Positions 1 to 11,219 of a stretch of DNA of 33,000 bases are shown here, piece by piece (position 1 is the first letter of the stretch; every line of letters starts with the position of its first letter). The DNA comes from Laetmonice hystrix. Lineage: Eukaryota. Below the pieces are notes generated by a model. The model saw nothing but the letters and a program-made list of their open reading frames with translations. It searched no databases and was not told where the DNA came from. The stretch is taken from NCBI GenBank assembly GCA_965235115.1, contig OZ249441.1, positions 16,306,001-16,339,000 on the forward strand. Direction: 5' to 3'. A program made the position numbers and the translations under genes.

Positions 1-39
1 TCTCCTCTTCGTAAATTCCAACATGAAACGTTTTGCACG

Positions 40-245
40 GGAAAGAATCACGTGAACACAATAAAGCATGCCTCCGGATCCATGCCATCACATTGAGCGC
101 GACCTGCCCGTAAAAAGGATGAAGGCTCAACGTTAAGTGGCGCCCCCTAGCTGGTAAACGTCTCGCCGCCGCTTCTTGCTGCGCTCGCCCACTGCCCATC
201 AGCGGATCAGGGCGGATCCTGGCGCATGCGAGGCGTTCGGTTAGT
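40..245. promoter_or_regulatory. CpG/GC-rich promoter-like or insulator-like segment
   Basis: Locally CpG-rich. CACGTG E-box near 49-54; NRF1-like GCGCATGCG at about 222-230; CTCF-like motif on the minus strand at 138-154 (CCAGCTAGGGGGCGCCA). No linked gene is visible. Confidence 0.3.
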
Positions 246-396
246 TTTACAGGGGAACCCATTTAAGTGATAGCGGCCATTGTGCTGACACAAAGCTCTG
301 CCACCTTTATTGGTCATGATGGCATTCATCAACACTGAAGGGGGCTTCCACCGAAATGGTCGTTGCGGAGGTTAGGGCCTGTGCTTGGGCGGTACA

Positions 397-429
397 GGGT
401 CGGGGTGAGGGGATTGGGGGGGGGGGGGG
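397..429 (+). other. G-quadruplex-forming motif
   Basis: GGG-tc-GGGG-tga-GGGG-att-G14 fits the G3+N1-7 x4 pattern. Confidence 0.6.
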
Positions 430-595
430 TCTCTGAATGAGGGCGGCAAGTGGGTGGTGTGCCGGTCAGCAAATCTATTCAGCGTGATGTAGGGATATTT
501 CTGAGAGAATATTCTGATGTTATCTTTCATGGGTGGGATATCTTAAAGTGAGCATTGCGCTACCAGCCGTGTACAATGCCGACACTGTCTCAGTG

Positions 596-622
596 CCCCC
601 CGTACCCCTGTACCCCTACCCC
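596..622 (-). other. G-quadruplex-forming motif (C-runs on + strand)
   Basis: Four C runs of at least 4 nt (596-601, 605-608, 613-616, 619-622) with 2-4 nt loops. Confidence 0.55.
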
Positions 623-1800
623 ACCACCGACCGTTATCTACACGCCGGCAGACCAGCTCTGTCAACGACAGCTGATTACCGATAATCATCTTTTACTTAG
701 ATTGCTGACAGTATTTGATGTTCTAAATGCAGGAGCAGGTAATGGTATTTTTTCATGACAGGTTACAATCGCCAAGGAGAAGAGCGAGTGCACACGGTTC
801 TTTTCTGTGGTATTTTTGTAGGTTTTTTTTTAACTCTCAACTTTCTTTAAACTGGAAGCATATCCTTTAAGTGCCGCATGTCAAGCTACTTCAAACTGAT
901 GGAACCATGCTACGCTCTTCAAGCAAGACGCTGCAAACAGATGGTGCCATGCCATTCCAGAGAACAGTTTTAATCAGGTGGCACCATGCCACCGCTTCCA
1001 AAAAACAGAACATGGGGCAAAGCACTTAGAAGCAGATTGTGATGGTGCCATGGCAATGTTACACAACAAATCACTATAACAATGTCTTTATGAAATGGTC
1101 GGTTATGAGAATCATACTGTTCAGTTCATAAGAAGAGATTTAATTAAGGACCTTATTAACTTTTTGGGGTCAGTACGAATTATTCTGACTTGGCCTGGCC
1201 TGAAATGAAACCATTCATAAAGTCGCTGCTATGTTACATATTGTTTGTAAAGAAAATATATGGATCCAGGCTTTGTGTTGCAACACACATGGCAGTTGTG
1301 TTTTAGGGCAATGGAAATATCATGGGTTCTGGTGATACAAATAATGGTAAAAATGTAGGCCTAAATCTTACAACTTTGCTATACCAAGATTTCATCATAA
1401 TGTAATACGCATACCTGAACGTACACACTATCCAAGAGGACTCCTTGAGCCCGACACCCTATCAAATATCCCTCAAAGTAACTGATATTTCTGACAATTT
1501 ACAACGACATCCATATGGTCAATTAATACCGGTATACACTGGCCATCACGGCAATGCAGTGACTGAAGACCATTAGAAACATATTTCTCTATATCAACTT
1601 TAGGAGATCCAGAAACTACAGAACATGAGCAGCATGACGAACTACAATACATTACCCTAGGCGTCATCCATTACATCTGACCCGTGTACTGGTGTATAGT
1701 GAGACTCACCTGTAACAGAGACAATAACCATATTGAGTACAAAATAATACAAGACGTCTCACTAGACATAAAGTGAGCTTATGCGTTATGTACCATTATC

Positions 1801-1822
1801 CACACACACACACACACACACA
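1801..1822. repeat. (CA)11 microsatellite
   Basis: Perfect CA dinucleotide run. Confidence 0.97.
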
Positions 1823-3042
1823 CCGTCATGACGTGTGGGGTCGATTTCACATGACGTCGTGAATGACAGCGGGCCCTAGGATACCAAGATTGTAAACTAT
1901 CCTAGGCCTTGCCTGACGTTTGGAGCGCAAACATCAGGATCTTGTGACTGCAATCGAACTTTGATCCTGGGTGTGGTTAATGATACTTGATGTCAGGGTG
2001 TGGCGGTATGTGCCACCTCGACAAAAGGACTCCACACAATCAAAGTATCTGTAAGCACAGTCCCCCATATAACACTATGAGATTATGTGTTTCAGAGAGA
2101 GCTCTCGCAGTTAAACGCCAAGATACGGAGTGTTGATCGCCAATCACAAGGGCGGAGTCTCTGCTGGCTGACCTGCTGAGGCTACAGCTATTTTTGCTGA
2201 TGTCTTCTCTTAAAATAAACTGCTTCAAAGACCTGTAAGCCCCCCTGCCCGTGTGGAGATTCTCCCTACCGGCATGTTTTTGATGTAGCAGATCTTACAG
2301 CAGACATTTTTGGTTAGAATAAGGAAAACAGTTTGCTCCCTGATTTCCTGTTCTTACAACTCCGCTATCAGCGATGGACTTCTTCTCAATCAGCTAATAT
2401 TGTTCAAAAGCTCTAATCCACGCCACTATTTATTTAAAACACCTGCCATGATAGAACCAGTACAGGATGAGGAGTAGGGTGGATGGCTTCTTCTGGCTGG
2501 ATGATCAGATATCGTGATAAATCCTAAGCTATCAAGCTAAATCAATTACAACTATCACGAAATGACGTTTTTCCTTAACTGACGCTCTATAACGGACTCA
2601 TTAAGGAGGTATGTAAAAGTTCAGTTTCAAAGAGAACATCCATTTATTCATTGATACCGTACCGGTACCCAGCTTTCACAGGAGTCTTAATGACATCAAT
2701 AAAAACAATTCGTTGGTGGCTATCATTGGGAATGCGTATCTTGAAGCTGTACAAACAAAAATGCAAATGCACATACATTCATCAGTGAGCTTGCCATCAT
2801 CAGCAATGACAAGAACGCGCCTGGCAGCAGATAAAAAGTCAAACGTGGACATTTAAAAAAGGCTAGGAGATGGCAAAGTCAATTAACAGCTTTCCTTCAC
2901 GATGTGTGTGCTGCACCTTTTTAAATCAATGCCACATTGAAGTAAAGGACGCCATGGATCCAGCTGGTGAAACATACACCGCCCACGATCACAGCAGTAG
3001 ATGTGAAGCTGTAGGCCTACAGTGTACAGGATAGGGGACCAC

Positions 3043-3770
3043 GGCTGGACTGAGGATCGTGGACCGTGAGGCTGGACTGAGGACCGTGGACCGTGAGGCT
3101 GGACCGTGGGCCGTGAGGCTGGACTGAGGACCGTGGACCGTGAGGCTGGACTGAGGACCGTGGACCGTGAGGCTGGACCGTGGACCGTGAGGCTGGACCG
3201 TGGACCGTGAGGCTGGACTGAGGACCGGGGACCGTGAGGCTGGACCGTGGACCGTAAGGCTGGACCGTGGACCGTGAGGCTGGACTGAGGACCGTGGACC
3301 GTGAGGCTGGACTGAGGACCGTGGACCGTGAGGCTGGACCGTGGACCGTGAGGCTGGACTGAGGACCGTGGACCGTGAGGCTGGACTGAGGACCGTGGAC
3401 CGTGAGGCTGGACTGAGGACCGTGGACCGTGAGGCTGGACCGTGGACCGTGAGGCTGGACTGAGGACCGTGGACCGTGAGGCTGGACTGAGGACCGTGGA
3501 CCGTGAGGCTGGACTGAGGACCGTGGACCGTGAGGCTGGACTGAGGACCGTGGACCGTGAGGCTGGACTGAGGACCGTGGACCGTGAGGCTGGACTGAGG
3601 CCCGTGGACCGTGAGGCTGGACTGAGGACCATGGACCGTGAGGCTGGACTGAAGACCGTGGACCGTGAGGCTGGACTGAGGACCGTGGACCGTGAGACTG
3701 GACTGAGGACCGTGGACCGTCAGGCTGGACTGAGGACTGTGGACCGTCAGGCTGGACTGAGGACCGTGAG
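3043..3770. repeat. GC-rich minisatellite of mixed 27-bp and 20-bp units
   Basis: 27-mer GGACCGTGAGGCTGGACTGAGGACCGT and a 20-mer lacking CTGAGGA. 28 complete units from 3061 to 3767 (21 long, 7 short). Confidence 0.97.
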
Positions 3771-3799
3771 CAAAGAGCCACTTCAGCTTGCCGCCGACC

Positions 3800-3876
3800 G
3801 TAGGCCTACAGTGGCCAGGGTAGGGGACCAACGGGTACCGTAGGTCTACAGTGTACAGGGTAGGGGACCAACGGGT
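3800..3876. repeat. Tandem pair of a 40-bp unit, with a third partial copy at 3011-3041
   Basis: GTAGGCCTACAGTG(T/G)(A/C)CAGG(A/G)TAGGGGACCA at 3011, 3800 and 3840. Confidence 0.9.
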
Positions 3877-6800
3877 TAGGGATGTGACGACGAGTAGGAA
3901 ACCTTGGTTTGGTCCACGTGACCATAGCAATGGCGGTCCCGTCCTGATGGAGTCGATACTATAACAGGCCGACCTTGCTGCCTGACCTTGCTGCGGTCCT
4001 AACTTCCTCGGCCTTCCAGCTGATGACGGATGGGGTCAAACATGAAGGCTTTACATTGCTCACTGCATCTGACCGCTACTCACGTCAGATGCAGCAAACA
4101 GCAATGGGAAAAACCCTCTCCCCAAGCTATTCTCTCTGGTGGGGCCCTTTATAAGTGCCTTTCCACTGCTTCCTCAATAAAAACTAGGTCAGTATTAACC
4201 CATTTCTTACAGCGGCTCTTGACGTATTATGAGGAGGTCTCCTGTTACTGACAGACACGAGGCCCATGGATACCTCCTGTGTGATTGTAGGAACCTGTCC
4301 ATTCTCCAATACTCGAGATATTATTATCGATTTATGATGTTAGGCGACTACCTCCACAGCCATCATTAATCTATCACCGACCATCACTACCAGTTAACAT
4401 GAATTCTCCCTAATGGTTGCGTGTACTAATAATCCATCTCTAAAAATCAACCCCCTTTTTTCTTTTATGACGGCCTCCTCGCTTCACCATGTGGGTATAT
4501 GGTTTCTGATCCCGACTGCTTATAACCGCATCATTACACAGCCAAGGCCCTGTATCTGTTTACTCGAGTACTCCGCGGTGTTCACCTAACAAGGATCACC
4601 TAGCTAGGCTGGCTGGCTGCCTGCTGGGTCCCTCCTTCCCAGGACAGAGACCCACAAACCCCCGGTAAAACCTGACTCCGCCCGCCTCACCACGGAGTCC
4701 ACACACCAACACGGGCCACCATACGGCCTCCGGCCACCCCGGCAACGCAGTTCTTTTCTGGCATGTCGCTGAGAGCATCCACTTCAGCCTACTCGAGGAC
4801 ACTTCAGGCTATATCCCCGCCTCAAGAAGCCCAGGTGGTTCTCTTTCTGTGCCATCAGAAACTGACTTCTTGGTCCTGCTCCCTTTGGCCCACCCCAATC
4901 ATGTTCTTTGCTTACAAACCCCAGTTATCATTATGTCAGCATCAAGCTTGCTAGACGATTAGACGGGCAATCTTTAATCTTTAGAGCTGGTTCTATTTAA
5001 GATCCATCTAACTAATTATCATTAAGGTAAACCAAAGGTAAACAAATGAGCATGTTCTGAGAATACACGTGTTGTTTTTGGGTCATCCATTCGTCACATG
5101 GCGTCGAATATATCCTACTCCTATATGTTCCCATATCTTATAACAAACTGGGCTGGATGAGACGTGTCAGTTGTTGCTGCAGTAGGTCGCCAAGTCCTTC
5201 ACGTGATGTGCCTACACATGCTGGTCGCCGACTTTAATTAATCAAGGTATTTTATATTTCTTCATTCCTAATGCTCTTACTACCTCTTTCTTCGAAATTA
5301 TTGCATTCGAACATAAGAGCAGTTCTTTTCTTAATACTCTTTCCTGCCAACCTGTTTGGTTTAATTATACAGAATGCCGGTCTTTGAATAAAGCCTGCTA
5401 TGATATCTTGCCAGATTTATGCTGAGACAGTAAAACGCTCAAAGAACAACTTATTCAGATTAAAACTTCAATATCTTCAAGGACAAAACTCATCTGAAAA
5501 TGTGTCAGTGCTACAATCGCCTAACTGCACGTGATGAACATTCCATACAAACATTTCTCTGCTTCCCCCTCTGAATTGAGACAAGTATACGAGGATGCTA
5601 TCGTAGTAACGCAGTCTTCATTCTCTATCGCACCCTCTCTCTCTTCTTTCACCAGCAATCATGCTTATCCCCAAACCACATCTCTTCACTTACGGCCTTC
5701 TCATATGATGAGATTTCTTTCTATTTTAATGTGCCATATCCCCCTGAGTTAATGATGCCTTCCCTTCATCGTCGCCTGGACTCGTTATATAGCTGTAATC
5801 TCCAATTCCCATGTCACACTCGTGGCCAGGGGAAACAGCCCCTAATAACGTCATTAAGGCACTCCGAGGGTTGCTATGAACAGCCATTTAAGTAACACAT
5901 CCTATGACTCATTGATGACTAGGAGAAAACATTGTGATGTGTTTGGAAAGTTTACGACTAAATCATACTATTAGGCCTCAATTACCTTACAAAAAATACA
6001 TGATCCCATTTTCTAACATGATGGTGGTCTCATGAAATATGCCTCTTTTCGTCCGAGGCTGAATAATGGCATTATATATCTACTTTGATATTCAAACACC
6101 GCGTCTGATGTTTCATCCCAATTTCAGTTTAATTATCGCTAACACAGTGTTCAGTGAAATACTGAATGTTGGGTGAATTGAAAATATACCTTTTTTTAGG
6201 ACTTTCCATTAAATTTCACAACCCAACTTCCCCTCATTTTAAAAGTTCTACAACGCTGTACTTTCATATCTAAACGATCCAAACTAAGTCAGCGTTGGTT
6301 TGGAATATAGCTTAGAGTCTACCTTAGAAATGATATAGTACCTATCCGTTCAGTAGCGTTAGGCGGTTTAGCATTGAGAGACGAGCCGAACGGTCGGCTG
6401 ACCTGCGCCTCCCCAGGAGCGACCCCTAGTGGTGTATGGTTGATGTGCCCCAGCCAGTCCCCCTCAACCCTTCCCCTTGGGCGACCTCCTCTGGTACAAA
6501 ACTGATGAGCCCCACTGAATAAAGGCAGCACTGACACTTAGCCTCTCCTACCAACTGACCCCGCCTGCCTTATTCCCCAAGCTCTCCCTCCCCGCTGCCT
6601 CGTCTAGGAGCCATGATAAATACATCACCTTGTTCACTAGGCCCGGGACTACAGCGTCTCTGTAATCTTTAAACAGCTCTATTCTCATATTCATGAGGCG
6701 TAATTCTAAAATGACTGATGGTTATACGTCATGGCGTACGGGGTTTTTTTGCCTTTCTTATACTACGTCATAGAAAATGGATAGCAAGGGAGGGGAGTCC

Positions 6801-7527
6801 GATGGTGGCGATGGTTCCATATCGGTCGGTTGGCATCTTCCTGCTCGGTTCTGACAGGTCGGGGCTGTGTCATCCGTCAAAAGTGATCCAAACTTCACAA
6901 TGACTTCATCAGATCTCCGGCCACCGGTGGCTCTCTTCACTGAACCATCTAGGCCTGCAGTCCCCCTGCGTACTGATCACTGCACAGTCTCCAACAAACA
7001 ACCACCTCGGAAAAAAGGGGACACTGCCACTGAGCGCCGACAAAGGGGCATCTTTGAGATGTCTGTAACTTGGTTCAAGTGACGGCCTAGGCCATGAAGA
7101 AAGGAAATACATGGACTACATAAGAGGTCATATGAGACTTTTACTGAGTTAAATGGAACCCATCTAATTGGATTTTAACACAACACTGTTCTATTTATTA
7201 TAATTTCCTCATCGCGGCCGCCTAAGAGGTAAACTATAATACCTTCTGTGAAAGACCCAAGAAAAAATGTCATTGGTACATTGACACAATGCCTCCAGAA
7301 ACCTAATTCTTTCAATGGTGAATTGGTGGTCCTTCATACATTCACTGAACAATAGACGGTTGGTCAGACGTTATCATCAGTGGTACACAGTTTAAGTCCC
7401 ATAAATCAACACATTGTTCCATATTAAAACAAGATCGGTGATTTTTTTTGGCAGGCTTTTCTTAGAGCGAGATTATTAATGCATGACAACTTTATCAATA
7501 TTTCATACTTAATCCAACTATAAAAAC

Positions 7528-7915
7528 ATCAGTGTCTGGCATACTGGGCTTGGTCATTTATCTGAGCAGCTGAAGATATTTTACAGCCACTTCCGGATGC
7601 TCTTCACACAAGCCCTACAAATAAACCAAACTGAGGTAATCTGGAATGGGAGGTAGCAATTTGTCCCAATGAGTGTTTAGTGTATGTGACCATAAAGTAG
7701 GTTGTGTCAACACCCTCTCAAAGCTGATGGAACGGCACAGGGAACGTGCCCTGTGTCGGACCTGACGAAATGATTATTACAAATTGATGGCAACCAGTGC
7801 ATCCCCCGCACTCCTATGTGCCGGGGTCTACCGCCGCGTTCAAGCGACATTAAATATGAATCTGATCTGAACGAGGCCCTCATCATCGCCAGGCTCGCCG
7901 ATGGGGCACTCCACG
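7528..7915 (+). mobile_element. Decayed non-LTR retrotransposon (LINE) AP-endonuclease fragment
   Basis: Across frameshifts: LLCAGVYR (7811-7834) then PPRSSDIKYESDLNEAL, matching the (I/L)xxxVYRPP motif. Upstream ISVWHTGL resembles xxVxETWL and CLVYV resembles GVxxYV. Motif recognition by eye only. Confidence 0.5.
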
Positions 7916-7948
7916 TGAGCGCATTGATAAGTACTGACGCCGAGACGG

Positions 7949-7996
7949 CACGTCACGTCCGCCTGTCACGTGACGTCACTTACTACGTCACCGCCA
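7949..7996. promoter_or_regulatory. Overlapping E-box/CRE palindrome cluster
   Basis: GTCACGTGAC (7965-7974) overlaps GTGACGTCAC (7970-7979), with extra CGTCA half-sites on both sides. Confidence 0.4.
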
Positions 7997-8720
7997 CCTT
8001 CTAAAGCAGACGACAGGCTTGGTTGCGTAATCGAGAACAGAGAACTAACAAGGTAGACCTTTTTTCAATATAGACTATATTCACTACTTTATTGAGGCAG
8101 TGATGATACAAGCTCGCTTTTGTTATGAGCATGAAAAATTGCATACAACTTCTACCCTTGCGGGAAAATGTGAGAAATGATACATTACAGATCAGACTTC
8201 TGGGACCCGTTCATAACACACACACACAAATAGCAAAGAATTTCTGTTTACCCAATGGTCCATAGTCGATTTCGAAAGAGTGGAAACTCATTAACTAAAC
8301 CAAAATGTTAATTATGCTTCAATAGACCACGTACATTACAAGTGTCGATAAGTACGCTATCTAAATACAATGTCGTATATCTTGGGTCAGTTGGATTTGG
8401 TATCGACAAAGGAAGCCCATCCCCAACTTCCGGTCGGAGAAGATGCCTCGGTTTAGGATCACATTGAGTGAAGCAATCCCGAGCTTGGCTCGACTCTGAC
8501 GCAAGACTGCCGACCTTATCAGCCATGTGCCCAGGACAATCGGGCCGAACGGCCGCCACTAATTAACGTCCTATCGTAGATGAAGCGGTTCTCCACCAAC
8601 CGTCTTAGGAAGCTATGAGGACAAGGATTGCGATCACATTCAATACAATGATAGCGAGATTCACGCGCAAATGAACTTAATGGATCGCAGTTCACAAAGT
8701 CGTGTAGACCATCGCCTACG

Positions 8721-8792
8721 GACGGCTGGGCAGATAAAACTCGCCCAGCTGATACTAGACTGAACCTAGCTAACATTACCAAAGACATTACT
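8721..8792 (+). repeat. Dispersed ~70-bp repeat, copy A
   Basis: Aligns with 9305-9370 (shared GATAAAACTCGCCC, AACCT.GCTAA.ATT and AAAGACATTACT). Confidence 0.85.
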
Positions 8793-9032
8793 AGCTGTTA
8801 GTCAGACTTCTCCTTTTCTGATCACGTACGAATATAAAATTATACTTGGCCCCATTGAAGTGATTTCCTGCAGCAACCTTCCACACCCAAACTATTGATC
8901 AGGAACCGACTTTACATCTAGAGAAGCCGTTTTTTCACAAAGCAAAGTTTCACAAACTACATCGATGATGACCACATCAACCATGCTCTTTACCATTCCA
9001 GCATAGGTATGCGTGCTTGTTGTTCCCTACAG

Positions 9033-9063
9033 ATTTCTTCCATGAGACTGAGAGAGGAATCAG
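9033..9063 (+). other. Candidate 31-nt internal exon
   Basis: Acceptor ttgttgttccctacAG and donor CAG|GTGAGC; two frames are open (FFHETERGI or ISSMRLREES). No partner exons were identified. Confidence 0.2.
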
Positions 9064-9230
9064 GTGAGCCTACTTCAAAGGAACATTGTTAAAATACAAA
9101 AAAAAACACATCCATTTCCATCTCCCGGGATCTGTCCCTTTCCATTTCCCCTCCTACCGTGAGAGATAGAGGTTGTGTACAGGATGTGTACACACAAGCG
9201 TCGAGCACCGTTGAAGCATCCCATTCCTAA

Positions 9231-9281
9231 TTTTTCTCGTGTTTTTTTTTGTTTTTTGTTTTTTGTTTTTCTTTTTTTTTT
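9231..9281. repeat. T-rich low-complexity tract (A-rich on minus strand)
   Basis: Runs of T interrupted by single G or C. Confidence 0.9.
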
Positions 9282-9304
9282 GGGTGGTGATGGTGGTGGG
9301 GACG

Positions 9305-9370
9305 GGCGGCTGGAAAGATAAAACTCGCCCTTGATATTGACTAAACCTGGCTAATATTAAAGACATTACT
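9305..9370 (+). repeat. Dispersed ~70-bp repeat, copy B
   Basis: Diverged direct copy of 8721-8792 with the same right boundary (AAAGACATTACT). Confidence 0.85.
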
Positions 9371-9431
9371 TATATATAATGTAAATAAAATAAATGTCGT
9401 TAAAATGAATGTTGCGACATACGTACACCAT

Positions 9432-10666
9432 GACCATTCGTATCACTATATAAACAACTGTACGATCATGAAGTCCATTTTTCAGGCAAGCCTTTCGTAT
9501 CCAGACAAGCCATTCGTATCACTATGTAAACAACTGTACAATCATGAAGTCCGTCTTTCAGACAAGCCATTCGTATCAGTATGTAAACAACTGTACAATC
9601 ATGAAGTCCGTGTTCCAGACAAGCCATTCGTGTCACTATGTAAACAACTGTACAATCATGAAGTCCTTCCAGACAAGCAATTCGTATCACTATGTAAACA
9701 ACTGTACAATCATAAAGTCCGTCTTCCAGACAAGCCATTCGTGTCACTATGTAAACAACTGTACAATCATGAAGTCCGTCTTCCAGACAAGCCATTCGTG
9801 TCACTATGTAAACAACTGTACAATCATGAAGTCCATTTTTCAGGCAAGCCTTTCGTATCCAGACAAGCCATTCGTATCACTATGTAAACAACTGTACAAT
9901 CATGAAGTCCGTTTTCAGACAAGCCATTCGTATCACTATGTAAACAACTGTACAATCATGAAGTCCGTTTTTCAGGCAAGCCATTCGTATCACTATGTAA
10001 ACAACTGTACAATCATGAAGTCCGACTTCCAGACAAGCCTTTCGTATCACTATGTAAACAACTGTACAATCATGAAGTCCGTTTTTCAAACAAGCCATTC
10101 GTATCACTATGTAAACAACTGTACAATCATGAAGTCCGTTTTCAGACAAGCCATTCGTATCACTATGTAAACAACTGTACAATCATGAAGTCCGACTTCC
10201 AGACAAGCCTTTCGTATCACTATGTAAACAACTGTACAATCATGAAGTCCGTTTTTCAGGCAAGCCTTTCGTATCACTATGTAAACAACTGTACAATCAT
10301 GAAGTCCGACTTCCAGACAAGCCTTTCGTATCACTATGTAAACAACTGTACAATCATGAAGTCCGTTTTTCAGGCAAGCCTTTCGTATCACTATGTAAAC
10401 AACTGTACAATCATGAAGTCCGTTTTTCAGACAAGTCATTCGTATCACTATGTAAACAACTGTACAATCATGAAGTCCGACTTTCAGACAAGCCTTTCGT
10501 ATCACTATGTAAACAACTGTACAATCATGAAGTCCGTTTTTCAGACAAGCCATTCGTATCACTATGTAAACAACTGTACAATCATAAAGTCCGTTTTTCA
10601 GACAAGCCATTCGTATCACTATGTAAACAACTGTACAATCATGAAGTCCGTTTTTCAGGCAAGCCT
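9432..10666. repeat. 57-bp minisatellite, about 21 units
   Basis: Consensus CATGAAGTCCGTTTTTCAGACAAGCCATTCGTATCACTATGTAAACAACTGTACAAT. Length variants of 54, 56 and 76 bp. Confidence 0.98.
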
Positions 10667-10918
10667 TCGCCTTAACAAGCTCTGGATGATTTATACCTCG
10701 GCCTTGTCACTTGACCCCCGGGTTTTTTGGATCACCAACCACCTGTGAATATTCCAGTGACAGGTGATTGGCCAGTAATTAAAACCGCAATCAGGCAGCA
10801 ATGAAACATTAATTGTTCGGTTTAAAATGCCTGCCTCCAGGAGACACAAGGAAACTGAAGTCCTCCTTCCAGGATAAGAGATCTTACCAATACAGCCAAG
10901 TCGTGACCGTAACCGATA

Positions 10919-11219
10919 GCATTCGCAAGACAAAATCTTATGGGTTGATGTTTATAATATGGAAAGATTATACAATCTACAATGGCATCCTGCAGAAATT
11001 GACGGAGAGAGCAGATTCTATACTCTGCACCGTGGGTGCGACTTTTAAAGTAGAACGTGAGAGGCACCGAAAAGACTATGAGATATGTGACCCGACCAAA
11101 AAAGATTGTAAAGGCAGAAACATGCGACCTGGGTCTCTGAAGGAAATGTTGGAGGAGACAGAGAAGACTCTGCCTTCTTCATCAATCGGCAGTCATCTCA
11201 CTGCTTCCTAATGAAAGAG
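10919..11219 (+). pseudogene. Decayed coding-like relic, copy 1 (possibly LINE RT)
   Basis: Stop-interrupted frame DKILWVDVYNMERLYNLQWHPAEIDGESRFYTLHRG ... EDSAFFINRQSSHCFLMKE. About 80% DNA identity in two blocks with 12304-12469. RT assignment is by loose motif resemblance only. Confidence 0.35.

Noticed and set aside
721-745. 6-nt microexon (AG|GAGCAG|GTAATG), and similar 10-nt candidate at 24694-24703
   Set aside because: Weak pyrimidine tract or donor, no flanking exons, and such patterns are expected by chance.
2883-3930. Long ORFs of 133-313 aa (SPASRSTVL, VHGPQSSLT, DREAGLRTV repeats)
   Set aside because: They arise from the stop-free 27-bp repeat; 20-bp units shift frames freely and all frames are similarly open, so there is no sign of coding constraint.
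6419-6432. CTCF-like CCACTAGGGGTCGC (minus strand) and a weaker match near 23077
   Set aside because: Isolated motif matches with mismatches in the core; not supportable without binding data.
8308-8360. IDTCNVRGL on the minus strand resembling the LINE endonuclease N-terminus
   Set aside because: A stop follows within four codons and no further endonuclease motifs are seen downstream.
9405-10748. Overlapping 100-208 aa ORFs on both strands
   Set aside because: Translations of the 57-bp minisatellite; 54/56/76-bp units break the frame.
10813-11211. 132-aa ORF as an intact gene
   Set aside because: Non-ATG start, no family recognised, and divergence from the second copy points to a different reading frame; kept only as a relic.
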